Assembly (NCBI GenBank): GCA_963666735.1
Contig: OY762926.1
Span: forward strand, 2,432,001-2,496,000
Direction: 5' to 3'
Source of the DNA: Gemmatimonadota bacterium
GTDB lineage: Bacteria; Gemmatimonadota; Gemmatimonadetes; Palauibacterales; Palauibacteraceae
Length of the DNA stretch: 64,000 bases
Position numbers and translations under genes: made by a program. The notes below the pieces were generated by a model. It was not told where the DNA came from and searched no databases. It was given only the letters and a program-made list of their open reading frames with translations. This document shows positions 18,668 to 28,563 of the stretch, piece after piece (the first letter of the stretch is position 1; the number at the start of each line of letters is the position of its first letter).

Positions 18668-21409
18668 ATGAGCGAAGAAAACGGACGCAAGGATCAGGCT
18701 GAAGCGCCGCCAGCCCAAGACGGCGGGGTCCTGCTCGAGATGAGGGTGGCCGAGGTGGAGGGCGCCGAAGCAGCCGCCCCCGGCGAAGAGACGGAACCCG
18801 GGACCGGGACCGACTCCAAGCGCGTGCGGCTGCCGGTACTCCCCCTCCGCGGCACGGTCGTGTTCCCCGCCGTGGCGGCGCCGATTGCGGCGGGTCGGGA
18901 AAAGACGATGAAGGCCATCGACCGGGCGATCGCGGGGGAGAAGCTGCTCTTTGCGGTCGCCCAGCTCGATGCCGAGGTCGAGAGGCCGGATCCGGAGCAC
19001 CTGTACCGCATCGGGACCGTGTGCCGAATCGCGCAGATGCAGAAGGTGCCCGGCGGCATCCAGATGGTCATCCAGGGCGACACGCGCGCCGCCGCCCTCG
19101 AATACACCGAGCGCGACGGGTACCTGGAGGTCGTCGCGCGAGAGATGGAAGACATGGACCCGCTCGACCCCGAAGAGCGGGCCTTCGCGGCTCTCTACAA
19201 GGAGGTCCACGAGAGAGCGGCGGAGGTCAGCCGCCTGCGCGGCGTCCCGAAGGAAATCGTCGATCATCTCCTGGGCGGCGTGTCGACGCCCGGCGAACTG
19301 GCCGATCTCGTCGCCTTCTACACCGAACTCGAGGTCGAGCAGAAGCAGGAACTCCTTGAGACCCTCCCGGTCGAGGCGCGGCTGCGCTCGCTGCTCGTGC
19401 ACCTGCAGAAGCAGATCGGCCTGCTCGAGGCGCAGGAGGAAATCCGCGAGCAGGTGCAGGAGGAGTTGGGGGAGCGGCAGCGCGAGATCTTTCTGCGCGA
19501 GCAGATGAAGGCGATCCAGAAGGAGTTGGGCGAGGACATCGACTTCCAGGAGACGAACGATCTCCGCGAGCGCATCGCGGCGCTCGAGTTGCCCCAGGAG
19601 GCGCGCCAGGAAGTCGACCGCGAGCTTCGGCGCCTCGAGCGCATCCCGCGCGAGTCCGCGGAGGCTCAGGTCGTGCGAACGTATCTGGAAATCGTCGCGG
19701 ACCTCCCCTGGTCGGAGACGACCGAGGAACAGCTGGACATCGCGCGCGCCGAAGAGATTCTGGAACGGGACCACTACGGACTTCGCGACGTGAAGGACCG
19801 GGTCCTCGATTTCCTCGCGGTCCGCAAGCTCCAGGAAGAGACGAGGTTGCGCGAGGCGCGCGAATCGGGAGGCGGCGACGCGCAGGCGGACGGCGGCGCC
19901 AACGAATCGGAGGCGGACGGCAGCTGCGGCGACGCGGAGGCGGAGGACGACGGCGCGGAGGCCGAGGCGCCGGGGGACGGCGACGCGCCGAGCGAGGCGG
20001 ATGCCACGGCCGACGACGGGGAAGAATCCGACGAGGCGGAGCCCGAGCCGGTACCGGGATACGAGGACGACCGCGCGGGGGAGACGCTGCTCTTCGTCGG
20101 GCCGCCGGGCGTGGGCAAGACGTCCATCGCCCGTTCCATCGCCGACGCCATGGGCCGCAAGTACGTCCGCGTGTCGCTGGGCGGTGCGCGCGACGAGGCG
20201 GATATCCGCGGACATCGACGCACCTATGTGGGCGCGATGGCGGGCCGCATCATCGAGGGACTGAAACGGGCCGGAACGAAGAATCCCGTATTTCTCCTGG
20301 ACGAGATCGACAAGCTGGGGGTGTCGTTCCAGGGCGATCCTTCGGCAGCGCTCATGGAGGTGCTGGATCCGGCGCAGAACGAGGCGTTCGTGGACCACTA
20401 CCTCGGGGTGCCCTTCGATCTCTCGCAGGTGCTCTTCATCGCCACGGCGAACGTCTTCGAGCAGATCCCCGGACCCCTGCGCGACCGGATGGAGGCGATC
20501 GAGTTCCGCGGCTACACGGAAGCCGAGAAGCTCGAGATCGCGCGCCGGTTCCTCCTGCCCCGGCAGAAGCGGCGGAACGGCCTGCTTCCGGAGCACCTCG
20601 AGGTCGAGGAGGGGGCGATCCGCGCGATCATCACGCGCTACACCCGCGAGGCCGGCGTGCGGCAGCTCGAACGCGAACTCGGTTCCGTGTGCCGAAAGTT
20701 CGCGCGGAAGATTGCGACAGGATCCCCGGAGGCCGCGGTGGGCGCGGACGACCTGCGTGAGCTGCTGGGCCGGCCGAAGGTGCATGCGGCCGAAAAGATG
20801 GAGGCGGACACGGTCGGCGTGGCGACGGGCATGTTCTACACGCCCGTGGGCGGCGACATCATGCTCGTCGAGACGAGGGTCCTGAAGGGCAAGGAGGGGC
20901 TCGTCCTCACGGGGCAACTCGGCGACGTCATGAAGGAGAGCGCGCAGGCCGCCCTCACCTTCGCGCGCAGCCACGCGAACGGGCTCGATCTCACGGAGGA
21001 GCGGCTACGGGATCACGAGATCCACATTCACGTCCCGGCCGGCGCCATCCCCAAGGAAGGGCCGTCGGCGGGCATCGCCATGGCGGTGGCGCTGGTGAGT
21101 GCCCTGGGCGACCACCCCGTGCGGCACGATGTCGCCATGACGGGCGAGATCACCCTGTCGGGACGCGTGCTCCCCATCGGCGGCGTGAAGGAGAAGGTGC
21201 TCGGGGCCGCCCGCGCCGGGATCGGCGAGATCATTCTCCCGGCGGTCAACGAGGGGGACCTCGAGGATCTCCCGGATCACGTGTGCGAGCAGCTCGAATT
21301 CCACCTGGTGGAGACCCTCGACCAGGCGCTCGCGGCGGCGCTGGCCAACGGCTCGATCGAGGGAGGGACGCTCGCCTTCTCGGAGAACGGGACGGACGCC
21401 GGGGACTGA
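18668..21409 (+). CDS. lon: ATP-dependent Lon protease with an acidic insertion
   Basis: LPVLPLR, DHYGL, GPPGVGKTS, GHRRTYVGA, LDEIDK, PKEGPSAG, PIGGVKEK. Confidence 0.97.
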   Translation: MSEENGRKDQAEAPPAQDGGVLLEMRVAEVEGAEAAAPGEETEPGTGTDSKRVRLPVLPLRGTVVFPAVAAPIAAGREKTMKAIDRAIAGEKLLFAVAQLDAEVERPDPEHLYRIGTVCRIAQMQKVPGGIQMVIQGDTRAAALEYTERDGYLEVVAREMEDMDPLDPEERAFAALYKEVHERAAEVSRLRGVPKEIVDHLLGGVSTPGELADLVAFYTELEVEQKQELLETLPVEARLRSLLVHLQKQIGLLEAQEEIREQVQEELGERQREIFLREQMKAIQKELGEDIDFQETNDLRERIAALELPQEARQEVDRELRRLERIPRESAEAQVVRTYLEIVADLPWSETTEEQLDIARAEEILERDHYGLRDVKDRVLDFLAVRKLQEETRLREARESGGGDAQADGGANESEADGSCGDAEAEDDGAEAEAPGDGDAPSEADATADDGEESDEAEPEPVPGYEDDRAGETLLFVGPPGVGKTSIARSIADAMGRKYVRVSLGGARDEADIRGHRRTYVGAMAGRIIEGLKRAGTKNPVFLLDEIDKLGVSFQGDPSAALMEVLDPAQNEAFVDHYLGVPFDLSQVLFIATANVFEQIPGPLRDRMEAIEFRGYTEAEKLEIARRFLLPRQKRRNGLLPEHLEVEEGAIRAIITRYTREAGVRQLERELGSVCRKFARKIATGSPEAAVGADDLRELLGRPKVHAAEKMEADTVGVATGMFYTPVGGDIMLVETRVLKGKEGLVLTGQLGDVMKESAQAALTFARSHANGLDLTEERLRDHEIHIHVPAGAIPKEGPSAGIAMAVALVSALGDHPVRHDVAMTGEITLSGRVLPIGGVKEKVLGAARAGIGEIILPAVNEGDLEDLPDHVCEQLEFHLVETLDQALAAALANGSIEGGTLAFSENGTDAGD

Positions 21410-21422
21410 GGCGCGCGATCCG

Positions 21423-22106
21423 TCAGGCAGGCGGCCGCGACGGGTCGGGCGCCGCGACGTAGCGGAGGAGATCCTCGAGCGCGTCGAGCATGATGTGGGG
21501 ACGCTCGATGACCAGTTCCCGCTCCGAAAACGGGCCCCACAGGGCGGCGATCGTCGTCACGCCGGCCGCGTGTCCCGCCCGCATGTCCCACACCGAGTCG
21601 CCCACGTAGGCGGCGGTCTCGGCGGCGGCCTCCAGGCGTTCGAGCGCGAGGCGGACGGGGGCCGGGTCGGGCTTGTGCGGCACGGGCTCATCGGACGTGA
21701 CGATCACGTCGAAGAGCGCTTCGTCCAGCCCGCACGCCGCCAGGCTTCGGGCCGTTCCGGCACTCGCCTTGCTCGTGACGACGCCGACCCGCACCCCTTT
21801 CCCGCGGAGTCGCTCGAGCGTCTCGGCGACGTGCGGAAATGAGCGGATGAGCCGTTCGTGTTCCCGGAAGTTGTGGTCGATGTAGGTGTCGACCATGGCC
21901 TGGACTTCCTCGGCCGTGTCCACGAGGTAGCCGAGTTGGGTCCGCAGCGGCTGGCCCAGCGTCCGCAGCCACACCTCGTCGGGAGGGGGGTCCTCGAAAT
22001 GCGCCCTCATCGTATGCCGCCAGGACTCGGCGATGAGATGGGTCGAGTCCACGAGCGTGCCATCGAGGTCGAACAGGATCGTTTGCAACGGGCGGCGGGG
22101 CGACAT
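21423..22106 (-). CDS. HAD-family hydrolase (PpaX-like)
   Basis: FDLDGTLVDS, VVTSK, HKPDP, YVGDS..D. Confidence 0.9.
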   Translation of the reverse strand: MSPRRPLQTILFDLDGTLVDSTHLIAESWRHTMRAHFEDPPPDEVWLRTLGQPLRTQLGYLVDTAEEVQAMVDTYIDHNFREHERLIRSFPHVAETLERLRGKGVRVGVVTSKASAGTARSLAACGLDEALFDVIVTSDEPVPHKPDPAPVRLALERLEAAAETAAYVGDSVWDMRAGHAAGVTTIAALWGPFSERELVIERPHIMLDALEDLLRYVAAPDPSRPPA

Positions 22107-22197
22107 GGGGAGCGAGGGTGCCGGCCCGCGGGCGCAGCGTCAACCCCCGCTGTCTCCGGTAGTGGCGTCAACCTCCACTCTCGCCGATAATCGGGCC

Positions 22198-23364
22198 ATG
22201 AACGAGAAGAAGACGATACCCGGCGACGAGGATCTCGCGACGGCCGCACCGCGCGCGGACCGGGCGGGAAAGATCCGGAAGATCGCGATCAACACCGGCG
22301 GAGGCGACGCGCCGGGGCTGAACGCGGTGATCCGGGCCATCGTGTTGAGCGCCCTCCACCGCGGCTGGAGCGTGGTGGGCGTCGAGAACGGCTACGGGGG
22401 GCTGCTGCCGGATGATCCGGGGCGGGTGATTCCGCTGGGGAGCGATGAAGTGCGGGGGATCACACACCGCGGCGGGACGATCCTGGGGACGACCAACAGC
22501 TTCGACCCGTTCGCGTGGCCGGTACGCCTGCCGGACGGTTCGATCGAGGAGCGCGACCGGTCCGGCGAGGTTATCGAGGGCCTTCGGCGGCATGGCATCG
22601 ACGCGTTGATCGCGATCGGCGGCGACGGCAGTCTCGATCTCGCGCACCGGCTGTCGAAGCGGGGGCTCCCGGTGGTGGGCGTGCCGAAGACGATCGACAA
22701 CGACCTCTGCGGAACGAGTCTCACGTTCGGGTTTCTCACGGCGGTCGCGACGGCGACCGACGCGATCGGGAAGCTCCACTCCACGGCGGAGAGCCACCGC
22801 CGCGTCATGGTGGTGGAGGTCATGGGACGGCACGCCGGCTGGATCGCGCTCTACAGCGGGCTGGCAGGCTCGGCCGATGTCATCCTCATCCCCGAGATTC
22901 CCTTCGATATCGAGAGAGTGTGCGACAAGATTCGGGACCGTGAGGCGGCGGGGCGCGACTTCAGCATCGTCTGCGTGGCGGAGGGCGCAACGCCCGCCGG
23001 GGGCGAGCTGGTGATGAAGACCGTCCACGGCGGCGCGGACGACCAGGAGCGTCTGGGCGGGCTGGGCGAGGTGGTGGCGCGCGAAATCGCCCGGCGCACG
23101 GGGAAGGAGACGCGATCGCTGACGCTGGGTCACCTGCAGCGCGGCGGTACGCCGAACTCCTACGACCGCGTCATCTCGCTGCGCTTCGGCGCCGCCGCCG
23201 TGCGTTGCGTGGCCCGCGGCCGCTTCGGGACGATGGTCGCGCTCGATCCGCCGCACGTCCGGGCGATCCCGCTCGCCGAGGCGCTCGCCAATCTCAAGGT
23301 GGTGCCGGTGGACGGCGACATTGTGATGACCGCCCAGGCGCTCGGGGTCAGCCTCGGCGACTGA
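22198..23364 (+). CDS. pfkA: 6-phosphofructokinase
   Basis: TGGGDAPGLNA, GGTILGT, GGDGS, PKTIDND, EVMGRHAG, LGHLQRGG. Confidence 0.95.
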   Translation: MNEKKTIPGDEDLATAAPRADRAGKIRKIAINTGGGDAPGLNAVIRAIVLSALHRGWSVVGVENGYGGLLPDDPGRVIPLGSDEVRGITHRGGTILGTTNSFDPFAWPVRLPDGSIEERDRSGEVIEGLRRHGIDALIAIGGDGSLDLAHRLSKRGLPVVGVPKTIDNDLCGTSLTFGFLTAVATATDAIGKLHSTAESHRRVMVVEVMGRHAGWIALYSGLAGSADVILIPEIPFDIERVCDKIRDREAAGRDFSIVCVAEGATPAGGELVMKTVHGGADDQERLGGLGEVVAREIARRTGKETRSLTLGHLQRGGTPNSYDRVISLRFGAAAVRCVARGRFGTMVALDPPHVRAIPLAEALANLKVVPVDGDIVMTAQALGVSLGD

Positions 23365-23397
23365 CCCCGCGCCCGGGTCGCGCGCGATTCGGCGTGG

Positions 23398-24009
23398 TCA
23401 GCCGGTGGCGGCGGCGTAGCGGGCGGCCACGGCGGCCCAGTCCACGACGTCCCAGAACGCGGCGAGGTAGTCGGCCCGGCGGTTCTGGTAGTTCAGGTAG
23501 TACGCGTGCTCCCACACGTCCACGCCCAGGAGCGGCGTGTCTCCCTGCATGAGCGGGCTGTCCTGGTTCGCGGTGGAGTACACGGACAGATCTCCGCCGC
23601 CGCCAGCGACGAGCCACGCCCAGCCGCTGCCGAAGCGGGTGAGTCCGGCCTGCTGGAACGCCGCCTTGAAGTCGTCGAAGGAGCCGCAGGCGCCGTCGAT
23701 GGCGGCCGCGAGATCGCCCGATGGACTCCCGCCCCCGTTCGGAGACATCGAAGTCCAGAACATCGAGTGGTTCGCGTGTCCGCCGCCATGGTTCCGCACC
23801 GCGCCGCGGATCGACTCGGGCACGTCGGCGATGCCGCGCAGGAGAGCCTCCAGCGAGAGACCCGCAAGGGCGTCGTGACCCTCGAGCGCGCCGTTCAGCA
23901 TGTTCACGTATACCTGGTGATGCTTGCCGTGGTGAATCTCCATCGTGCGCGCGTCGATCGTCGGTTCGAGCGCATCGTGGGCGTACGGCAGGTCGGGCAA
24001 GGCGTGCAT
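23398..24009 (-). CDS. sodA: Superoxide dismutase (Mn-type signature)
   Basis: [33 protein letters not shown]. Confidence 0.93.
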   Translation of the reverse strand: MHALPDLPYAHDALEPTIDARTMEIHHGKHHQVYVNMLNGALEGHDALAGLSLEALLRGIADVPESIRGAVRNHGGGHANHSMFWTSMSPNGGGSPSGDLAAAIDGACGSFDDFKAAFQQAGLTRFGSGWAWLVAGGGGDLSVYSTANQDSPLMQGDTPLLGVDVWEHAYYLNYQNRRADYLAAFWDVVDWAAVAARYAAATG

Positions 24010-24189
24010 CCTACCTCCTCGGAATCAAGAGCCCCCGGTCGGGGGGTCTTCGTGGCGAATGTCGGTTTCCTGAACGGTTCGCCAAGGTATGCGCGGGGTG
24101 GGGACCGGGACCAGCCGCCGCCACCTCCCGTGACCCGCTTCCCGCCTGCCTCGTCTTTCTCCTGTCCAATCGAATGATCCGTGTGAAGC

Positions 24190-25371
24190 ATGACGGGAAG
24201 CCTGAGGGGAAGCACGAGGCGGAGCATGAGGGGAAGGATCGCAGTGACGGGAAGATGTCGTGCGCTGGTGGCGGGGCTGCTCTTGCTGGCGGCCGCGGGT
24301 TGCGCGGAAGAACGGGGCATCGTCGGACCGCCGCTGCCCGATCCTCCCTTCGATCCCGAGTTGGCGGCGAACTCCATCTACTCGCTCCGCTTCGCCGCGG
24401 ACAACGCGGTCGTGGCGCAGGTGCGGACAATCGCCGAGGTGCTCGGGCTGGCCGCACCCCGGGCGAATCGGGTCGCCCACTCGCAGCTTCGCGGCTCATC
24501 CGACCGGGTCGATCTCCTCCGCGCCCTCGAGCCGCGTTCGCTCGAACGCGCGGTGGCGAACGTCGCCGCGAGCCGGGCACAGGGCGCGAAGATCCCGCTC
24601 TTCCCCATCAACGTCCTCGGCAAGGAGTTCATCTTCGATGCGTCCATCGACGCGTATGTCGAATACGGCGAGGGCGGTCCGGAAAACGGCGTCCGGTTCG
24701 AGTTGTATGCGGTCGACCTTTCCTCCGGGCTCCCCGCGCTTCCGCTGCGGCCGTACGGGTTCGTGGATCTCACCGACGAGAGCGACGCGGTGTCCGCGCG
24801 GCTGGCGGTGCGGGCCTTCGACGGGAGCGGCGGCGGCGCCCGGCGCGTGGCCGACTACCTGCTGGACGGCGCCTTCGCATCCGACGCGAACGGGGTATCG
24901 GTGAGCCTGCTCGCCGAGGGCTTCGTGGAGGACCACAACGGACGCTTCGACTTCGAACTCGACGAGTTGCTGGAGTCGGATGACGCGGCCCGCATGACGC
25001 GGGTCACGTCGACGCACCGCGTGCTCTCTGCCGAGGGAACCGAGGTCCGATTGCGGGTCGGCGGCAATCTGTCGGCTGATGGATCCTTCGCCGATCTCCT
25101 CTTCCGGATGGACATCGATGGCTCGGCGGGGCTGACGCTCGTCGACCTCGCCGTCGTGAACGGGGCGCAGGAGGGAGAGATCCGCCAGGCGGGACGCGTG
25201 GAGGCACTGGTGGAGGGCACCGTTGAGGCGCCGGTCTTCATCGATGCCGCCGGACGGGGATTCAACGACTCCGAACTCGTGGCCCTCGACGAGATCCTGT
25301 TCGGTATCGACGACGTTCTCGCGTTCGCCGGCGAGGCCTACGTCCCGCTCGCCGACCTCTTCGCCTACTGA
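24190..25371 (+). CDS. Hypothetical lipoprotein
   Basis: Lipobox-like LLLAAAGC; long ORF with host-like codon style. Confidence 0.7.
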   Translation: MTGSLRGSTRRSMRGRIAVTGRCRALVAGLLLLAAAGCAEERGIVGPPLPDPPFDPELAANSIYSLRFAADNAVVAQVRTIAEVLGLAAPRANRVAHSQLRGSSDRVDLLRALEPRSLERAVANVAASRAQGAKIPLFPINVLGKEFIFDASIDAYVEYGEGGPENGVRFELYAVDLSSGLPALPLRPYGFVDLTDESDAVSARLAVRAFDGSGGGARRVADYLLDGAFASDANGVSVSLLAEGFVEDHNGRFDFELDELLESDDAARMTRVTSTHRVLSAEGTEVRLRVGGNLSADGSFADLLFRMDIDGSAGLTLVDLAVVNGAQEGEIRQAGRVEALVEGTVEAPVFIDAAGRGFNDSELVALDEILFGIDDVLAFAGEAYVPLADLFAY

Positions 25372-25416
25372 GCCCCGCCTACCGAGCCCGGGGAGCGACC
25401 GCGTGGCCACAGTTCT

Positions 25417-26412
25417 TCAGGCGGCGGCGATCTCGTTGAGGGCGCGACGGACGAGGACGGGGATCATGGCCCGGCGCCATTCCGGGTCGACCGTGATGTT
25501 GGAGAGCGGGTGACACTGGCGGAACGCCTGCTCGGCGACGGCTTCGATCACGCTCGGGCCGAGGCGGTTGCCCAGAGCGGCGTCCTCGACCTTCCCCACG
25601 TGGCGGGGATAGGCGCCCATCGCTGACACGACGAGGCGAAAGTCGGACACCCGGCCGTCGTCTTCGCGCCCGACCCGCACCGCGAGGTTGGCCAGCGGGA
25701 AGTCGATCGCCGCGCGGGACCGGAGTTTCTGGAACGCGACCTGCGTACCCGGCGGCGGCCGCGGAATCCGGATCGCGACGACGAGTTCGCTGCTCCCGAT
25801 GGACCGGTTCCAGATCCCGTCGGATGTGAAAAACTGCCGTATCGGCACGTCGCGGGTCCGATCCCCGTCCGCCCCGTCCGCGACCTCGAGGACCGCATCG
25901 AGCACGGCGAGCACGGGAGGCGTATCCGCCGAGTGCGCCGCGACGCAGCGGGTGCCGCCCTTCACGACGTGGCAGACATCGCCGTCCTTCTTCAGGCAGT
26001 AGCCGAGCGCCTTCCGCCAGAACTTCGTCTGGTTGTAGTACGCGCACCGCGTGTCCAGACAGACGTTGCCGCCGATGGTGCCGACGCGCCGCAGCTGCGG
26101 CCCCGACACGAGTTCGGCGGCCCGGGCCAGACCGGGGACCTGCGCGAGGACTTCCGGGTGGGTCGCGACCGAAGTCAGCGTCTCGGCCGCCCCGATGCGG
26201 ATCTCGTCCCCTGTGGAAGCGATCCCGCGCATCTCCCGTACCCGGCCGAGGGCGACGAGGTGGCCGGGCGTGAACAGCCCGTGCTTCATGTTGGGGACGA
26301 GGTCGGTTCCGCCGGCGATGGGCATCGCGTCGTCGCCGTGGGTGGCGAGCAACGACAGCGCCTCGTCGAGCGCGCGCGGCATGTGGTATTCGTACGGATG
26401 AAGCCTGAGCAT
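25417..26412 (-). CDS. Xanthine dehydrogenase-family FAD subunit, 4-hydroxybenzoyl-CoA reductase beta-like (Cys insert)
   Basis: AGGTDL, TIGGN, CLDTRC...C..K..DVCH...C Fe-S insert, AIDFP. Confidence 0.88.
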   Translation of the reverse strand: MLRLHPYEYHMPRALDEALSLLATHGDDAMPIAGGTDLVPNMKHGLFTPGHLVALGRVREMRGIASTGDEIRIGAAETLTSVATHPEVLAQVPGLARAAELVSGPQLRRVGTIGGNVCLDTRCAYYNQTKFWRKALGYCLKKDGDVCHVVKGGTRCVAAHSADTPPVLAVLDAVLEVADGADGDRTRDVPIRQFFTSDGIWNRSIGSSELVVAIRIPRPPPGTQVAFQKLRSRAAIDFPLANLAVRVGREDDGRVSDFRLVVSAMGAYPRHVGKVEDAALGNRLGPSVIEAVAEQAFRQCHPLSNITVDPEWRRAMIPVLVRRALNEIAAA

Positions 26413-26475
26413 GTCCGGCAACCTATCCTGTGGGCCGGATTGCGCTCAAACTCGAACCCCGAAACCGGAGGAGAG

Positions 26476-27252
26476 GTGGACCCCGATTCGCTGAGAGAAT
26501 TCGCCGCGGAGTTGGCCGAGGCGTCGGGCCGGGCGATCGCGGGCATGTTCCGCCATCCCGACCTGGCCGTGGAATCCAAGGCGGACGCGTCGCCCGTCAC
26601 GGTGGCGGACCGCTACGCCGAGACGCTCCTGCGCGACCGGATTCTGGAGCGCTTCCCCGACCATGGCATCGTCGGCGAGGAGTTCGGCCCGCAGAACGAC
26701 GACGCGGAATACGTGTGGGTGCTGGATCCGATCGACGGGACGATCTCCTTCGTCGCGGGAGTCCCTCTGTTCGGGACGCTCATCGGGCTGCTGCGCGACG
26801 GGGAGCCGATTCTGGGGGTCATCCACCAGCCGGTCACGGGCGAGCTGGCCATCGGCACGGCGTCGGGGACGACTTTCAACGGGGAGACGGTGCGGGTGCG
26901 CGAAGACCGCTCGCTGTCGGAGGCGACGCTCCTGACGACGGATCCGGGCGCGGTCGGCCGGCACCGGAACCTCGCCGGGTTCGAGGCGCTTTGGTCGAGA
27001 ACGGCGCTGTACCGTGGCTGGGGCGACTGTTACGGATATCTCATGGTCGCGACGGGGCGAGCCGACATCATGCTCGATCCGATCATGCACCCCTGGGACA
27101 TTGCGGCGCTGGTGCCGGTGATCAGGGGCGCGGGCGGCGTGATCACGACCTGGGAAGGGAACGATCCCATCGGCGGCGCCTCGACGGTGGCGGCCGCGCC
27201 GGCCCTCCACGGAGAGGTGATGGAGATCCTGAACGGAACGGGAACGTCATGA
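26476..27252 (+). CDS. hisN: Histidinol-phosphatase (inositol monophosphatase family)
   Basis: K.D.SPVT.AD, GEE, WVLDPIDGT, GDCYGY, WDIAA; GGAGG before the GTG. Confidence 0.85.
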   Translation: MDPDSLREFAAELAEASGRAIAGMFRHPDLAVESKADASPVTVADRYAETLLRDRILERFPDHGIVGEEFGPQNDDAEYVWVLDPIDGTISFVAGVPLFGTLIGLLRDGEPILGVIHQPVTGELAIGTASGTTFNGETVRVREDRSLSEATLLTTDPGAVGRHRNLAGFEALWSRTALYRGWGDCYGYLMVATGRADIMLDPIMHPWDIAALVPVIRGAGGVITTWEGNDPIGGASTVAAAPALHGEVMEILNGTGTS

Positions 27253-28502
27253 CGGGAATGAACCGGCATCCGGGAGCGTGGGCGGCACTGTTGGCCGGCC
27301 TCGCGGCGTGCGGCGGGCCGGGGTCGATCATGGTCGACGACGCGAACATCATCGACGGCACGGGGGCCGTGTGGCCGGCCGGGCGGCTCGTCGTGGTCGA
27401 CGGCCTGGTGACGTGCGTGGGCGCGCAGGCCGACTGCGCCGAGCCGGCGGGCGTGGAGGTGCTCGACGCCGATGGCTTCTGGGTGGTGCCGGGGCTGATC
27501 GATGTGAAGGAGGCCGTCGAAGTGCCGAGCAACGAGCAGGCCGCCTACCTGGCCTTCCTGCTCGGCGTCACGACGGCGGCTGTGCCGGAGATCCCGGAGG
27601 GACCCGAGGGGGAGCCGCTGCCGCCCGCGGGAAGCGATGACCGGCGCATTCCCGCGCCGCGGCCGGCGAATCCCGTTGAGGAGCCGCCCCACCCGCTCGG
27701 TCTCTTCGGCCAGGTCGTCGCGGCGACGATCCCGCTCGACACCGGGCCACCGGGACGCGGGGAGCGAGATCTCCTCGTCTACGGGCGATCGCGGTCGACG
27801 CTGGCCGACCGCGGGGCGCTGTTGGACTCCGCCCGCGCGATGGGGGCCCGGGGCGCCGCGTTCGCGCCACGCCTGCTGGAGCAGGAGCGCTGGGCGGCGC
27901 CCTACCGGCTCCCGCACGGGATGAACCGTCTCCTCGAGTACGCGATGGTCACGGAGCGCATTCAGGACCGACTCCTTCCCGGCCGCACGCCCGCCGAGGC
28001 CGAACAGTTGAGCGCGGCGCTCGAGGTGCTCCGCGAGTTCGTGCGGGAGTTCCACGCCGCCGGGGGATCCGTCTCCACGGCCACGAACGGCGCGCTCGCG
28101 CCGGGGCTGGCGCTGCACGAGGAGATGGACGCGCTCGTCGCGGCCGGGTTGACGGCGGAAGACGCCCTCTACGCCGCCACGCGCGAGGCGGCCCGCTACC
28201 TGGGACTCGAAGATTCGCGGGGCACGCTGGAGCCGGGCAAGCTGGGGGACTTTCTCATTCTCGAGAGCGATCCGCGTCTGGACATTTCGCTCACGCAGAC
28301 GGTTTCCCGCGTGGGCAAGGGCGGGGTCCTGTACGATCCGCCCACGCTCTTCGACGCCCTGCTCGACAGCCCCGGAAACCGCGTTTCGGACAACCCGGTG
28401 CGACTCGTCATCGGCGGAGCCGCGCTCCTGCTCACGCTGCTCCTCTTTGCGCGCGGCGTCCGGAACCATCGCCGTTCGCTGGGTCCGCGCATCGTGCCCT
28501 GA
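27249..28502 (+). CDS. Amidohydrolase-fold lipoprotein with C-terminal TM helix, metal ligands degenerate
   Basis: Lipobox LAAC; VVPGLID; LHEEM..LV.AGL...AL.AAT; GTLEPGKLGD. Confidence 0.75.
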   Translation: MTGMNRHPGAWAALLAGLAACGGPGSIMVDDANIIDGTGAVWPAGRLVVVDGLVTCVGAQADCAEPAGVEVLDADGFWVVPGLIDVKEAVEVPSNEQAAYLAFLLGVTTAAVPEIPEGPEGEPLPPAGSDDRRIPAPRPANPVEEPPHPLGLFGQVVAATIPLDTGPPGRGERDLLVYGRSRSTLADRGALLDSARAMGARGAAFAPRLLEQERWAAPYRLPHGMNRLLEYAMVTERIQDRLLPGRTPAEAEQLSAALEVLREFVREFHAAGGSVSTATNGALAPGLALHEEMDALVAAGLTAEDALYAATREAARYLGLEDSRGTLEPGKLGDFLILESDPRLDISLTQTVSRVGKGGVLYDPPTLFDALLDSPGNRVSDNPVRLVIGGAALLLTLLLFARGVRNHRRSLGPRIVP

Positions 28503-28525
28503 CTGTGCCCTGACTGTGCCCTGAC
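28494..28525 (+). repeat. 11-bp tandem repeat TGTGCCCTGAC x3 spanning a stop codon
   Basis: Read directly. Confidence 0.9.
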
Positions 28526-28563
28526 GGGTATCGGAACGACCACCAGCACGGATGCCGGGACGG

